39,069 nucleotides of DNA, from contig JAODNF010000479.1 in the NCBI GenBank assembly GCA_025464915.1, positions 1-39,069 on the forward strand, written 5' to 3'. Made by a program: the position numbers and the translations under genes. Below are positions 8,236 through 16,299 of the stretch, one piece after another. Below the pieces are notes generated by a model. The model searched no databases. It saw only the letters and a list, made by a program, of their open reading frames with translations, and was not told the DNA's origin. The DNA is from Frankiales bacterium (GTDB lineage: Bacteria; Actinomycetota; Actinomycetes; Mycobacteriales; SCTD01). The number at the start of each line of letters is the position of its first letter. Within the stretch, counting starts at the first letter, position 1.

Positions 8236-9741
8236 TCAGCCCACGGGCGGAAAGTAGGAGGCGCCGGCGCAGTAGAAGCCCTTGGCGGGGGACGGCGAGA
8301 CGCGGACGAACTTGCCGCCCTGGACCTTGGTGAGGATCCAGCAGACCGCCGGCTTCTTCTGGGCCGGGTCGGCAGTGGCGAACATGCCGCCCGCGTCATA
8401 GCTCGTGTAGGTCTTGAGCGCGGTGAACAGCGAGGCACGGGTGGCCTTGGGTCCGGCCTTCTTCAGGGCATCGACGAAGAGCATCGCGGAGGTCCAGCCG
8501 TAGGCGGCGAAGATGTCCACGGGCTGGTTGCCGTCGGTCAGCTTCATCCACTTCTGGAACGCAGCGACCGTCGGGATGTTGGCCGCCTCGTCGGGGTTGA
8601 AGAACATCGCGAACTGCTGGTCGTTGTAGACCCCCTCGGCGTTGTTCCCGGACTGCGCGAGGAAGGCCTGCGCGTAGGCGGTGGCGCCGAAGATGATCGG
8701 CCAGGTGTAGCGCTGCTGCTTCACCGCGTTGACGAAGCGGGCGGTCGTCGCGCCGTCGGTGGTGTTGATGTAGATCAGCTTCACGCCGGCGCTGTTCATG
8801 CGGATGACGGCGGCGGTGAAGTCGGTGTCGGTGGCGCCGTAGGACTCGTCGTGGACGACCTTGCCCCCAGAGTGCTCGATCGCCTTCTTGGTGTTGGCCC
8901 ACACGTTCGGGCCGGTTCCGACGCCGGCGTAGATCGCGCCGATGTGCTGCCAGGCCGAGCCGTAGGTCTTCTTGTAGTAGTCCAGCGGACCGGTGCGCCA
9001 GCCGTTGCCGAGCGGTGCCGTGCTGTAGGTGCTCTTGAGGGCGGCGGTGTTCGGCCCGAGGGCATTGGACACGTTGGGCACGTTGAGGTGCTGGGCGAGC
9101 ACCTGCGCGCCGCAGTCGTCGTTGAGCGAGAAGTTGCCGACGAAGGCGAACACCTTGTCCACGCGCGCCTGGGTCGCCGACTTGTTGGCCGGACAGGTGA
9201 GCTGGCTGTCGCCGAAGTCGATGTTGATCTTGCGCCCGTAGACGCCGCCCTGGCTGTTGACCATGTTGAAGTAGGCGGCGGTGCCGACGAAGGCCCCCGC
9301 GAACAGTCCCGGGACAGGCCCGGACTTGTCCGCGACGTTGCCGACGGTGATGCTCGTCGCCGTCACGCCCTTGTCGGTCGCGCCGCCGTTGCCGCCGGCC
9401 GGCGCGGGAGCGCCGGTGGTGCTGCCGCTGCTCGTGCCGGCCCCGGCGCCCGAGGTCGTCCCGCTGCCCGAGCCCGTCGTTGTACCGCGTCCGGAGCCTG
9501 AGGTCGTCCCGCTGCCCGAGCCCGTCGTCGTACCGCTGCCCGTGGTCGCCACGCCCGTGGTGCCGCTGCCGCCCGTGGTGCCGGAGCCGGTCCCGCTGCC
9601 ACTGGAGCCGCCGCCGCCGCCTCGGCCGAGCTGCTGGTTGGCAGCCTCGGTGCGCAGGCTGCTGTCGACCCGGGCGCCGCAGGCAGTGAGCGTGAGCGCC
9701 AGTCCTGCAAGAGCAAGGAGGGCTGGGGACCTTCTGGGCAC
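8236..9741 (-). CDS. ABC substrate-binding lipoprotein, LivK-like type-I periplasmic binding fold, with a long Gly/Thr/Ser linker (501 aa)
   Basis: Lipobox 'LALTLTAC'. Body 'VGNVADKSGPVPGLFAGAF...VNSQGGVYGRKI...AIYAGVGTGP...GVKLIYINTTDG'. GTG 9741 is preferred over ATG 9810: the 23 upstream codons have poor GC3, and GGAAGGAA lies 6-7 nt before the GTG. The stop is 3 nt before the permease ATG. Confidence 0.85.
   Translation of the reverse strand: MPRRSPALLALAGLALTLTACGARVDSSLRTEAANQQLGRGGGGGSSGSGTGSGTTGGSGTTGVATTGSGTTTGSGSGTTSGSGRGTTTGSGSGTTSGAGAGTSSGSTTGAPAPAGGNGGATDKGVTATSITVGNVADKSGPVPGLFAGAFVGTAAYFNMVNSQGGVYGRKINIDFGDSQLTCPANKSATQARVDKVFAFVGNFSLNDDCGAQVLAQHLNVPNVSNALGPNTAALKSTYSTAPLGNGWRTGPLDYYKKTYGSAWQHIGAIYAGVGTGPNVWANTKKAIEHSGGKVVHDESYGATDTDFTAAVIRMNSAGVKLIYINTTDGATTARFVNAVKQQRYTWPIIFGATAYAQAFLAQSGNNAEGVYNDQQFAMFFNPDEAANIPTVAAFQKWMKLTDGNQPVDIFAAYGWTSAMLFVDALKKAGPKATRASLFTALKTYTSYDAGGMFATADPAQKKPAVCWILTKVQGGKFVRVSPSPAKGFYCAGASYFPPVG
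9452..9536. repeat. 37-nt direct repeat (1 mismatch) with 48-bp period inside the SBP linker-coding region
   Basis: gaggtcgtcccgctgcccgagcccgtcgt(t/c)gtaccgc occurs at 9452-9488 and 9500-9536. It encodes reiterated GSGSGTTSG linker units. Confidence 0.85.
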
Positions 9742-9806
9742 GTCGTGTTTCCTTCCCGTTCCCGCTGAGGATGCACTCTGCGGGGGCCGCTGTCTGCGGT
9801 TCGCGA

Positions 9807-10430
9807 TCATGGTTTGACGACCGGTGTGAGGGTGACCGTGCGAAGTGCGTCGGCGAGCAGGACGGCGAGGTCCAGCGCTCCGCCACTGGCCAGCCAGGTG
9901 TCGAGGCTGATCCGCACGGCGGACATGGTGAGCGCCCCGACCATGCGGGGGCGGGCGTCGTCGGGGGTGAGGTCAGCGAAGCGGTGCGCGACGGCCTCGG
10001 CAATGGCTATCTCGAACCGCACGTAGAGGGCGAGCGTCCACGCCGTGAGCGTCGGCGAGCTCTGCAGCAGGTGCACCTGCTGCAGCACCAGGTTGCGGAC
10101 CTCGGGCGTGAAGCCGCCCGCGAACCCGGTGAAGGTCTCGATGACCGCCTCGACCGCGCCGAGCTCGGCCGGCTGCACCTCGAGGTTGTCCAGGATGAGG
10201 GAGAGCCAGGGGATGCTGAACCCCTCGGCGACGGCCGTCTCCTTGGCGTCGAAGTAGCGGAAGAAGGTCGCCCGACCGATCTCGGCCGCGGCCGCGATCT
10301 CGTCGATCGTCGTCCCGTCCAGGCCCTTCAGGCGCGTCAGCCGCGCGGCCTCGTCAGCGATCCGCTGGTGCGTCGCTCGTCGTTTGCGCTCGCGCAGCCC
10401 GAGCTCCGGGGAAACCGTGATCTGCGACAC
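9807..10430 (-). CDS. TetR/AcrR-family transcriptional regulator (207 aa)
   Basis: N-terminal HTH 'RKRRATHQRIADEAARLTRLKGLDGTTIDEIAAAAEIGRATFFRYFDAKE'. GTG start at 10430. Confidence 0.9.
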   Translation of the reverse strand: MSQITVSPELGLRERKRRATHQRIADEAARLTRLKGLDGTTIDEIAAAAEIGRATFFRYFDAKETAVAEGFSIPWLSLILDNLEVQPAELGAVEAVIETFTGFAGGFTPEVRNLVLQQVHLLQSSPTLTAWTLALYVRFEIAIAEAVAHRFADLTPDDARPRMVGALTMSAVRISLDTWLASGGALDLAVLLADALRTVTLTPVVKP

Positions 10431-10436
10431 AGTCGC

Positions 10437-10466
10437 AAGTTAGACGAAGTCTCACGAGTTGCACAA
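10437..10466 (-). promoter_or_regulatory. Candidate promoter giving a leaderless TetR transcript
   Basis: Minus strand reads TTGTGC-18 nt-TAACTT-6 nt-GTG (start codon at 10430). The -10 fits TAnnnT and its spacing puts the TSS on the start codon. No SD is present. Confidence 0.35.
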
Positions 10467-10491
10467 GGGGCGCAGAAGGGGCACACCCGGT

Positions 10492-11589
10492 TCACGCCGG
10501 CCAGCGGTAGGCCGCGAGCGCGGTCAGCTGCTGGGGTCCGGCCTCCTCGACGGTCCAGAGCGAGGCACCGACCGCGCCGCCGCGCCGCGCGGCGTCGAGG
10601 AAGCGCAGGGTCTCGCGGGCGGACGGGGTGCCGCGCCGTCCGCCTTCGGTGCCCATGTCGTAGCCCTGACCCACCGGGGCCACGGGGAGGAACCTGCCCA
10701 GCGTCCGCAGCGACTGCTGGACGAGGGTGCCGGGCTCCTTGCACGACCAGTAGACCATCGGCGCGAAGACGTCGGCGTACGGCGTGAAGAGCGCGTAGGG
10801 GTAGGTCTTCCTGGCCCCGGAGGGCCGCGGGACCGTGGCGATCACCGGCCGCTCGCCGGCGTAGCGACGCACCAGGGAGAGGTAGAGCGTCAGCCGCCGG
10901 GTGGTGACGCGAGTGCCCTCGGCAGCGGTCTCCACGTCGGGGGAGAAGCCGTCGATGCCGCGAGCGAGGGCCTGCTGCGCACGCTTCGCGTCGGCGACGG
11001 GGTCGGACAGGAAAGGGAAGTCCCAGGCGATGACGCGGATCGCGTTGGCGTGCGCCAGCGGCACGAGCGCGCCGAGGAACTGGTCGCCGTAGTAGCCCTG
11101 CCGGGACCCGCCGGTGCGCACCCAGATGCTTCGCACGCCGGTGCGCCTCGCCTGGGCGACGAGGGCGGTGACACCGAGGGGCTGCGTCCCGAACGGCGTC
11201 GCCCAGAGCCCCTTGCCACGGACCGCGTCGAGGCCAGAAGCCTTGCGCAGCACGGGAAGTGCGGCCGGCAACGCGGCCTCGGCGACCGCCGGTGGCGTCA
11301 GCGGTCGTGGGCCGCCGCCTCCGGAGGACGGCTTCACCGGGCAACCGGTCAGCGGCGGAGAGGCAGGGACGGGTACGTCGACGGGTCTCGCCCTCGGGGT
11401 GGGCCTGGGCTTCACGGGGGTGGGCGCCCGGGTCGGCAGGACCGGCGCGGGCGCCTCCTGGCGCGCGACGACGACCGGCTCCTTCGAGGCAGCCGGCGTG
11501 GCGTCGCGGTGGGTCCCCGCGATGGCGGCCCCGGTCAGCAGGCTGCCGAGGGCGAGCAGCCCGACCGCGCGCTCAGCTCCCGTCACCAC
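10492..11589 (-). CDS. Exported/anchored protein, possible glycoside-hydrolase-like TIM barrel (GHL/DUF4015-like) (365 aa)
   Basis: N-terminal hydrophobic anchor 'AVGLLALGSLLTGAAIAG' and a Pro-rich linker. Then 'IWVRTGG...IRVIAWDFPF...GFSPDVETAAEG...FAPMVYWSC', which resembles GH-like barrels. The function call is weak. Confidence 0.5.
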   Translation of the reverse strand: MVTGAERAVGLLALGSLLTGAAIAGTHRDATPAASKEPVVVARQEAPAPVLPTRAPTPVKPRPTPRARPVDVPVPASPPLTGCPVKPSSGGGGPRPLTPPAVAEAALPAALPVLRKASGLDAVRGKGLWATPFGTQPLGVTALVAQARRTGVRSIWVRTGGSRQGYYGDQFLGALVPLAHANAIRVIAWDFPFLSDPVADAKRAQQALARGIDGFSPDVETAAEGTRVTTRRLTLYLSLVRRYAGERPVIATVPRPSGARKTYPYALFTPYADVFAPMVYWSCKEPGTLVQQSLRTLGRFLPVAPVGQGYDMGTEGGRRGTPSARETLRFLDAARRGGAVGASLWTVEEAGPQQLTALAAYRWPA

Positions 11590-11616
11590 CGGTCCAGGAT
11601 AGGTCGGGCGGGCGCG

Positions 11617-12234
11617 TCAGGAGACGAGCTTGAGCGCGTTCTCGACGTAGTGCTCCAGGATCTGCTCCTTGGTGCGGGGCGCCTCCGGCGTCCACCACTC
11701 CGGCAGCCGGACGCCCATCGCGCCGATCGCCTTCGCGTCGAGGTAGGGGTCGGTGCTGTGGAACACGCCCATCCGGACCCCGCGCTCGATGACGTCGACG
11801 CTGATCTGCTCGGACTGGCTGCGGATCCCGATGATGGAGGCGTACTGGTCGGGGGTGAGCGCGCGCAGCTCGCGGTTGGTCAGGCGTGCCATCGAGGGGT
11901 AGTCCAGGTGCACGCGGACGTGGGCGGTGACGGTCGCTCTGAGCTGGTCGACGGGGTCGGACCCGGCGTCCATGAGGGCATCGCGCAGCGACTCGAAGTG
12001 CGAGCGATGCCCGATCAGCGCGAGGTCGTAGAGCAGCTCCTGCTTGCTGGGCACGTGGAAGTAGATGGCGCTGGGCTGCTGGCCGAGGGCGGTCGCGATG
12101 TCGCGGATCGAGACGGCGTGGTAGCCCTCCTGGCCGAACAGCTCGAGCGCGACCTCGTAGAGCTTGCGCTTCGCGGCGGACAGGTCCAGGCCGGGCGGCA
12201 GCAGGCCCTCGGTCGCGAGAACCTCAGCAGTCAT
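11617..12234 (-). CDS. TetR/AcrR-family transcriptional regulator (205 aa)
   Basis: 'KRKLYEVALELFGQEGYHAVSIRDIATALGQQPSAIYFHVPSKQELL' HTH. Lies 27 nt upstream of the GH-like gene and divergent from the fused ABC gene. Confidence 0.9.
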   Translation of the reverse strand: MTAEVLATEGLLPPGLDLSAAKRKLYEVALELFGQEGYHAVSIRDIATALGQQPSAIYFHVPSKQELLYDLALIGHRSHFESLRDALMDAGSDPVDQLRATVTAHVRVHLDYPSMARLTNRELRALTPDQYASIIGIRSQSEQISVDVIERGVRMGVFHSTDPYLDAKAIGAMGVRLPEWWTPEAPRTKEQILEHYVENALKLVS

Positions 12235-12246
12235 GGTCAGCAGCCT

Positions 12247-12256
12247 AACGATCGTT
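12247..12256. promoter_or_regulatory. Perfect 10-bp palindrome AACGATCGTT, candidate TetR operator
   Basis: Located 13-22 nt upstream of the TetR ATG (12234) in the divergent intergenic region. The half-site AACGAT recurs at 12357-12362, just before the ABC gene SD. Confidence 0.3.
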
Positions 12257-12308
12257 CGGTCAGTGCGCTAGGCAGACCTTCAACAGATGTGCGGCAAATC
12301 TCGCACGA

Positions 12309-12341
12309 GTGTTGACAGCGGCGCAACACAGGGAGCAATCT
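12309..12341 (+). promoter_or_regulatory. Candidate promoter/operator for the fused ABC operon
   Basis: Perfect TTGACA at 12312-12317. 18-nt spacer to CAATCT at 12336-12341. Inverted repeat GTGTTG (12309-12314) / CAACAC (12324-12329) straddles the -35. SD AGGTGAGG at 12371-12378 precedes the ATG at 12385. Confidence 0.3.
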
Positions 12342-12384
12342 TCGCCTCCCCAGCAGAACGATTGATCAGTAGGTGAGGCTGCGC

Positions 12385-15300
12385 ATGGCGTACCGCCGGC
12401 TCGGAAGCCGTCCGGAGCTGCTGCTCCTGGCGGCGCTGGTCGTCGGCTGTTCCCTGCTGCGCCGGGGCCTGCCGCTCGGGATCGTCGGGATCGGCGTCGT
12501 CACCGGCAGCGTGCTGGGGCTGCATGCGCTCGGCGTCGTGCTGCTCTACTCCCGCACCCGCATCCTGAGCTTCGCCCAGTTCGGGCTCGGCGCCGCGGCG
12601 GCGACCTTCTTCTACGTCTGGGTCTACTACAACCAGTGGGCGGTCCTGGGGCAGGGGATCTGCGGCTGCCTGGCTCCCGGCGGCGTGTCCATGTCGCGGC
12701 TGCAGCACAACCCGGACCCGTTCCGCGACTACCTGCAGGCACACCACCCGTGGGTGCTCGTAGCCAACGCGCTGTTCAGCGCGCTGCTCGGGGTCCTGCT
12801 CGCCATCGATACCGGTCGCCGCGTCCACAACGGCCTCGCGAAGAGCTTCGCCCGCGCCCCCGCGATCGTGCCGACCATCGCCACCCTCGCCTTCGCCGTC
12901 GTGCTGTCCGGTGTCACGAGCATTCTGACGCTGCGGAGCAAGTCGCTCTTCGGGTGGCACGCGTTCCACTGGTTCCCTTATGGATCGCGGCCGGGAACCG
13001 GTGAGGACGGCAAGCCGGCGCTTCCTGAGGGCGTCTTCCAGGTGCCGCACCACGGGTCGTGGGAGTTCGCGCTCGGTGGCGGCGCGCGGTTCCACCTGTA
13101 CGACGTACTGGCTGTCACCTGCGCCCTGCTGGCGCTGCTGCTGGTGACCCTGCGGTTCCGGGTAGGCCGCCGGGGCCTGGTCAGTCGGGCGACCGCCGCG
13201 AACCCCGAGCGCGCCGCCACCCTCGGCATCGACGTCTTCCGGGAGACGCGTGCGCCGTGGATGATGGCCGGGGCGCTGAGCGGGGTCGCGGGCATGCTCG
13301 CTGTCGCCGTCGCGGACTCGGCCCCGTTCGTCGGCATCGACATGAGCTCCCTCACGTTCGTGCTCGCCGCAGTAGTGCTCGCCCGCCTCACCAGCCCGGC
13401 CTGGGCCCTCGTCGCCTCGATGCTGCTCGGCGTCCTGGACCAGGCGATGTTCTGGAACTTCAGCTCCCACACGCAGTTCCAGGGGCTGCTGGTGGTCGTC
13501 ATCGGCGCCGCTCTCGTGATCCAGCGCGGGCGCAAGAGCCGCGCCGAGCAGGCTTCCGAGTCGGTCTTCACGACCGCGCCCGAGCCGCCCGCGGTGCCGG
13601 CAGCCATCCGCCGGGCCACCGGCGTGCACGGCGTGCTGCGCGGCAGCTCGATCGTGGTCGGTCTGGTGTTCCTGTCCTACCCCGTCCTCACCACGCCTGG
13701 GCAGCTGAGCCTCGGCATCGGCGCGGTGGCCTACATGATCCTCGGGCTGTCCGTCCTGGTGCTGTCCGGTTGGGCCGGCCAGGTCAGCCTCGGTCAGCTC
13801 GCCCTGGCCGCCGTCGGCGGCTACGTCGTCACCCTCGCCGGGGCGAGCTGGCACGTGCCGATGCCGCTCGCGCTCCTGCTCGGTGCCGCGGCGTCAGCAG
13901 CCGTAGCACCTCTGGTCGGCCTCCCGGCGCTGCGGCTCCCCGGGCCCTTCGTCGCGATCATGACATTGGCGTTCGCGCTGGCGGTTCCTGCCGTGCTGCT
14001 CAACCCCGACCTGCTGGGCGACGCCTTGCCCGCGACCCTGCCGCGGCCGGTGCTGCTCGGCCTCGACTTGGGCAGCGACCGCTACTTCTACTGGTTCTCG
14101 CTGCTCGTCCTGCTCGCGGCGCTGGCCGTCGTCACCGTCCTGCGCCGGTCCAGGTTGCGACGCGTGCTGATCGCCGCGCGCGACAACCCGCAGGCCGCGG
14201 CTGCGTTCGGCCTGGACATCACCCGGGTGCGGCTCGAGGCGTTCGCTGTCTCGGGGCTGCTCGCCGGGCTGGGTGGCGGGCTGCTCGCCTATGCCAACAG
14301 CGGTGTCGAAGCCGACGCCTTCTCCAGCATCAGCAGCGTCGTCGTGTTCCTCATCGTCGTGATCGGCGGGCTCTCGGCCGTCTCCGGGCCGGTGCTGGGC
14401 GCCGCGCTCTTCGGGCTCGTGTCCCTCGCCGGGTCGGCGTGGATAGGCGCCGTCCTCGGCCTCGGCACCCTGATCGTGCTGCCGTTCCGCCCGAGCGGGC
14501 TCGCTGGCCTCGTCACGGCGCTGCGCGACGCGGTCATCCGCGTGATCATGCACCTGCAGGGGCACGACCTCGTCAAGATCGCCGGGTCGCGGGTCGCCAT
14601 CGCCGATCGCGGTGCGCAGGCTCCCGTGGTGCCGGTCCGCTACCGGCTCGTCGGCGACGGCTACGCACCCGTCGAGGGGACGCGGCTGCGCTCGGTCGAC
14701 GGCGTCGCCCCCGTCACGGACGCCGTCCCCGTCGAGCTCGTCCAGGACGTCGAGTCCGCGCTCACGGCCATCAGCTGCCACCGGCTCGACGTGGCCTACG
14801 GCGGGGCTGTCGCCGTCGCGGGCGTCTCGCTCTCGGTAGCGCCCGGCGAGGTCCTCGCGATCGTCGGCCTCAACGGCGCGGGCAAGACCTCTCTGCTCCG
14901 CGCGCTCGCGGGTCTCGAGCCGGCGGCGCACGGCACCGTCGAGCTCGATGGCGACGACGTCACCCTCATCGATCCCGCGGAGCGTGCCAAGCGCGGGATC
15001 GCCTTCGTACCAGGCGGTTCCGCGGTTCTTGCGACTCTCACGGTGCGCGAGAACCTGCTCGTCGCCGGCGGCGACGACGACCAGATCGCGCAGCTGGCCG
15101 CGCGCTTCCCTGTCATCGGCACCCGACTCGGCACCGCCGCCGGCAACCTCTCCGGTGGTGAGCAGCAGGTCCTGGCGCTCGCCCAGGCCATGGGACGCCG
15201 GCCGCGCGTCCTCCTCGTCGACGAGCTCTCCCTCGGGCTGTCCCCGGAGGCCCTCGCGGCAGTGCTCGACAGCGTGATGGAGCTCGCCCGCGGAGGCACG

Positions 15301-16299
15301 GCGGTCGTGCTCGTCGAGCAGTCGATCAGCACCGCCATGTCCCTGGCGGACAGCGCGGTGTTCCTCGAGAGCGGCCGGGTCCGCTACCAGGGTCCCGCCC
15401 AGGCGCTGCGCGACCACCCCGAGCTGTTCGCCAGTGTCGCGTTCGGCGCCGGCGGTGGCTCGATCGGAGGCGGCTCCGAGCTCGCCCGCGCCCGCCGGGC
15501 CCAGCGCCTCGAGCGCGAACCGGTGATCTCGCTGCAGAACGTCACCGCCGCCTACGGCGAGGTGCGCGTCGTTGACGACGTCACGTTCGACGTGGCGGCC
15601 GGCGAGGTCGTCGGGATCCTCGGTCCCAACGGTGCCGGCAAGACCAGCCTGTTCGACTGCCTGTCGGGCACCCTGTCGATGGCCGCGGGCAGCGTGACGC
15701 TCCTCGGCAGCGACATCACGGGACTCGCGCCGCACAAGCGCGCTGAGCTCGGGCTCATGCGGTCCTTCCAGAGCGTCCGGCTCTTCCCCTCTCTCAGCGT
15801 GCGCGACTGCATCGCCGTCGCCTTCGAGACCCGGCTGAAGGTGAAGAGCGCGGCCTTCGCGGGGCTCTGGCTCCCGCCGGCCCGAGCCGAGGAGCGGCGG
15901 GTGGAGGAGCGCGTCAACGACCTGCTCGAGCTGCTGCAGCTGGAGAAGGTCGCCGACGAGGCCGTGGGTGCGCTGTCCCTCGGCACCCGCCGGATGGTCG
16001 ACCTCGCCTGCCAGCTGGCGGCCCGACCCAAGGTGCTGCTCCTCGACGAGCCGGCGGCCGGGCTGGCCGCCGGGGAGACCGAGCTGCTCGGCCCGCTGGT
16101 CGGCCGGATCAGCAACGACCTGGACTGCGCCGTCCTCATCATCGAGCACAACGTGCAGGTCCTCGCCTCGGTCGCCGACCGGCTCGTCGCCATGCGCGAC
16201 GGCGCCGTCATCGCCGAGGGCGCCCCCTCGACCGTCCTGTCCGAACCCGCCGTGCGCGGTGCCTACTTCGGTGCCCGCGACCTGCAGACCACCTCATGA
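12385..16299 (+). CDS. Single-polypeptide HAAT-family ABC transporter: LivH-like permease + LivM-like permease + LivF-like ATPase + LivG-like ATPase (1304 aa)
   Basis: One uninterrupted frame. Permease 1: 'ATAANPERAATLGIDVFRETRAPWMMAGALSGVAGML'. Permease 2: 'LSGWAGQVSLGQLALAAVGGY...AARDNPQAAAAFGLDITRVRLEAFAVSGLLAGLGG'. ATPase 1 (from ~14770): 'GLNGAGKTS', 'LSGGEQQVLALAQAM', 'VLLVDELSLGLSP', 'VLVEQS'. ATPase 2 (from ~15526): 'GPNGAGKTS', 'MRSFQSVRLFPSLSVRDCI', 'VLLLDEPAAGLA', 'IIEHNVQV'. ATG 12385 is preferred over GTG 12373 because of the SD. Confidence 0.9.
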   Translation: MAYRRLGSRPELLLLAALVVGCSLLRRGLPLGIVGIGVVTGSVLGLHALGVVLLYSRTRILSFAQFGLGAAAATFFYVWVYYNQWAVLGQGICGCLAPGGVSMSRLQHNPDPFRDYLQAHHPWVLVANALFSALLGVLLAIDTGRRVHNGLAKSFARAPAIVPTIATLAFAVVLSGVTSILTLRSKSLFGWHAFHWFPYGSRPGTGEDGKPALPEGVFQVPHHGSWEFALGGGARFHLYDVLAVTCALLALLLVTLRFRVGRRGLVSRATAANPERAATLGIDVFRETRAPWMMAGALSGVAGMLAVAVADSAPFVGIDMSSLTFVLAAVVLARLTSPAWALVASMLLGVLDQAMFWNFSSHTQFQGLLVVVIGAALVIQRGRKSRAEQASESVFTTAPEPPAVPAAIRRATGVHGVLRGSSIVVGLVFLSYPVLTTPGQLSLGIGAVAYMILGLSVLVLSGWAGQVSLGQLALAAVGGYVVTLAGASWHVPMPLALLLGAAASAAVAPLVGLPALRLPGPFVAIMTLAFALAVPAVLLNPDLLGDALPATLPRPVLLGLDLGSDRYFYWFSLLVLLAALAVVTVLRRSRLRRVLIAARDNPQAAAAFGLDITRVRLEAFAVSGLLAGLGGGLLAYANSGVEADAFSSISSVVVFLIVVIGGLSAVSGPVLGAALFGLVSLAGSAWIGAVLGLGTLIVLPFRPSGLAGLVTALRDAVIRVIMHLQGHDLVKIAGSRVAIADRGAQAPVVPVRYRLVGDGYAPVEGTRLRSVDGVAPVTDAVPVELVQDVESALTAISCHRLDVAYGGAVAVAGVSLSVAPGEVLAIVGLNGAGKTSLLRALAGLEPAAHGTVELDGDDVTLIDPAERAKRGIAFVPGGSAVLATLTVRENLLVAGGDDDQIAQLAARFPVIGTRLGTAAGNLSGGEQQVLALAQAMGRRPRVLLVDELSLGLSPEALAAVLDSVMELARGGTAVVLVEQSISTAMSLADSAVFLESGRVRYQGPAQALRDHPELFASVAFGAGGGSIGGGSELARARRAQRLEREPVISLQNVTAAYGEVRVVDDVTFDVAAGEVVGILGPNGAGKTSLFDCLSGTLSMAAGSVTLLGSDITGLAPHKRAELGLMRSFQSVRLFPSLSVRDCIAVAFETRLKVKSAAFAGLWLPPARAEERRVEERVNDLLELLQLEKVADEAVGALSLGTRRMVDLACQLAARPKVLLLDEPAAGLAAGETELLGPLVGRISNDLDCAVLIIEHNVQVLASVADRLVAMRDGAVIAEGAPSTVLSEPAVRGAYFGARDLQTTS

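Noticed and set aside
7093-9501. Very long ORFs antisense to, or out of frame with, the called genes: 7093-9501 (+, 802 aa), 13894-16149 (-, 751 aa), 18235-20592 (-, 785 aa), 22538-24322 (-, 594 aa), 25582-28503 (-, 973 aa), 12280-13854 (-, 524 aa).
   Set aside because: Typical shadow ORFs of high-GC DNA. Their translations are Arg/Gly/Asp/Pro-rich with no motifs, they lack the third-position GC saturation seen in the opposing frame, and the opposing frame carries unambiguous domain signatures.
9360-9620. Periodic Gly/Thr/Ser-coding DNA (also 3640-3840 and 30000-30260) as a possible CRISPR or VNTR array.
   Set aside because: The units are short, imperfect and entirely within coding frames with GC3 bias. 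There is no repeat-spacer organisation and no cas genes. They are low-complexity linker regions of exported proteins.
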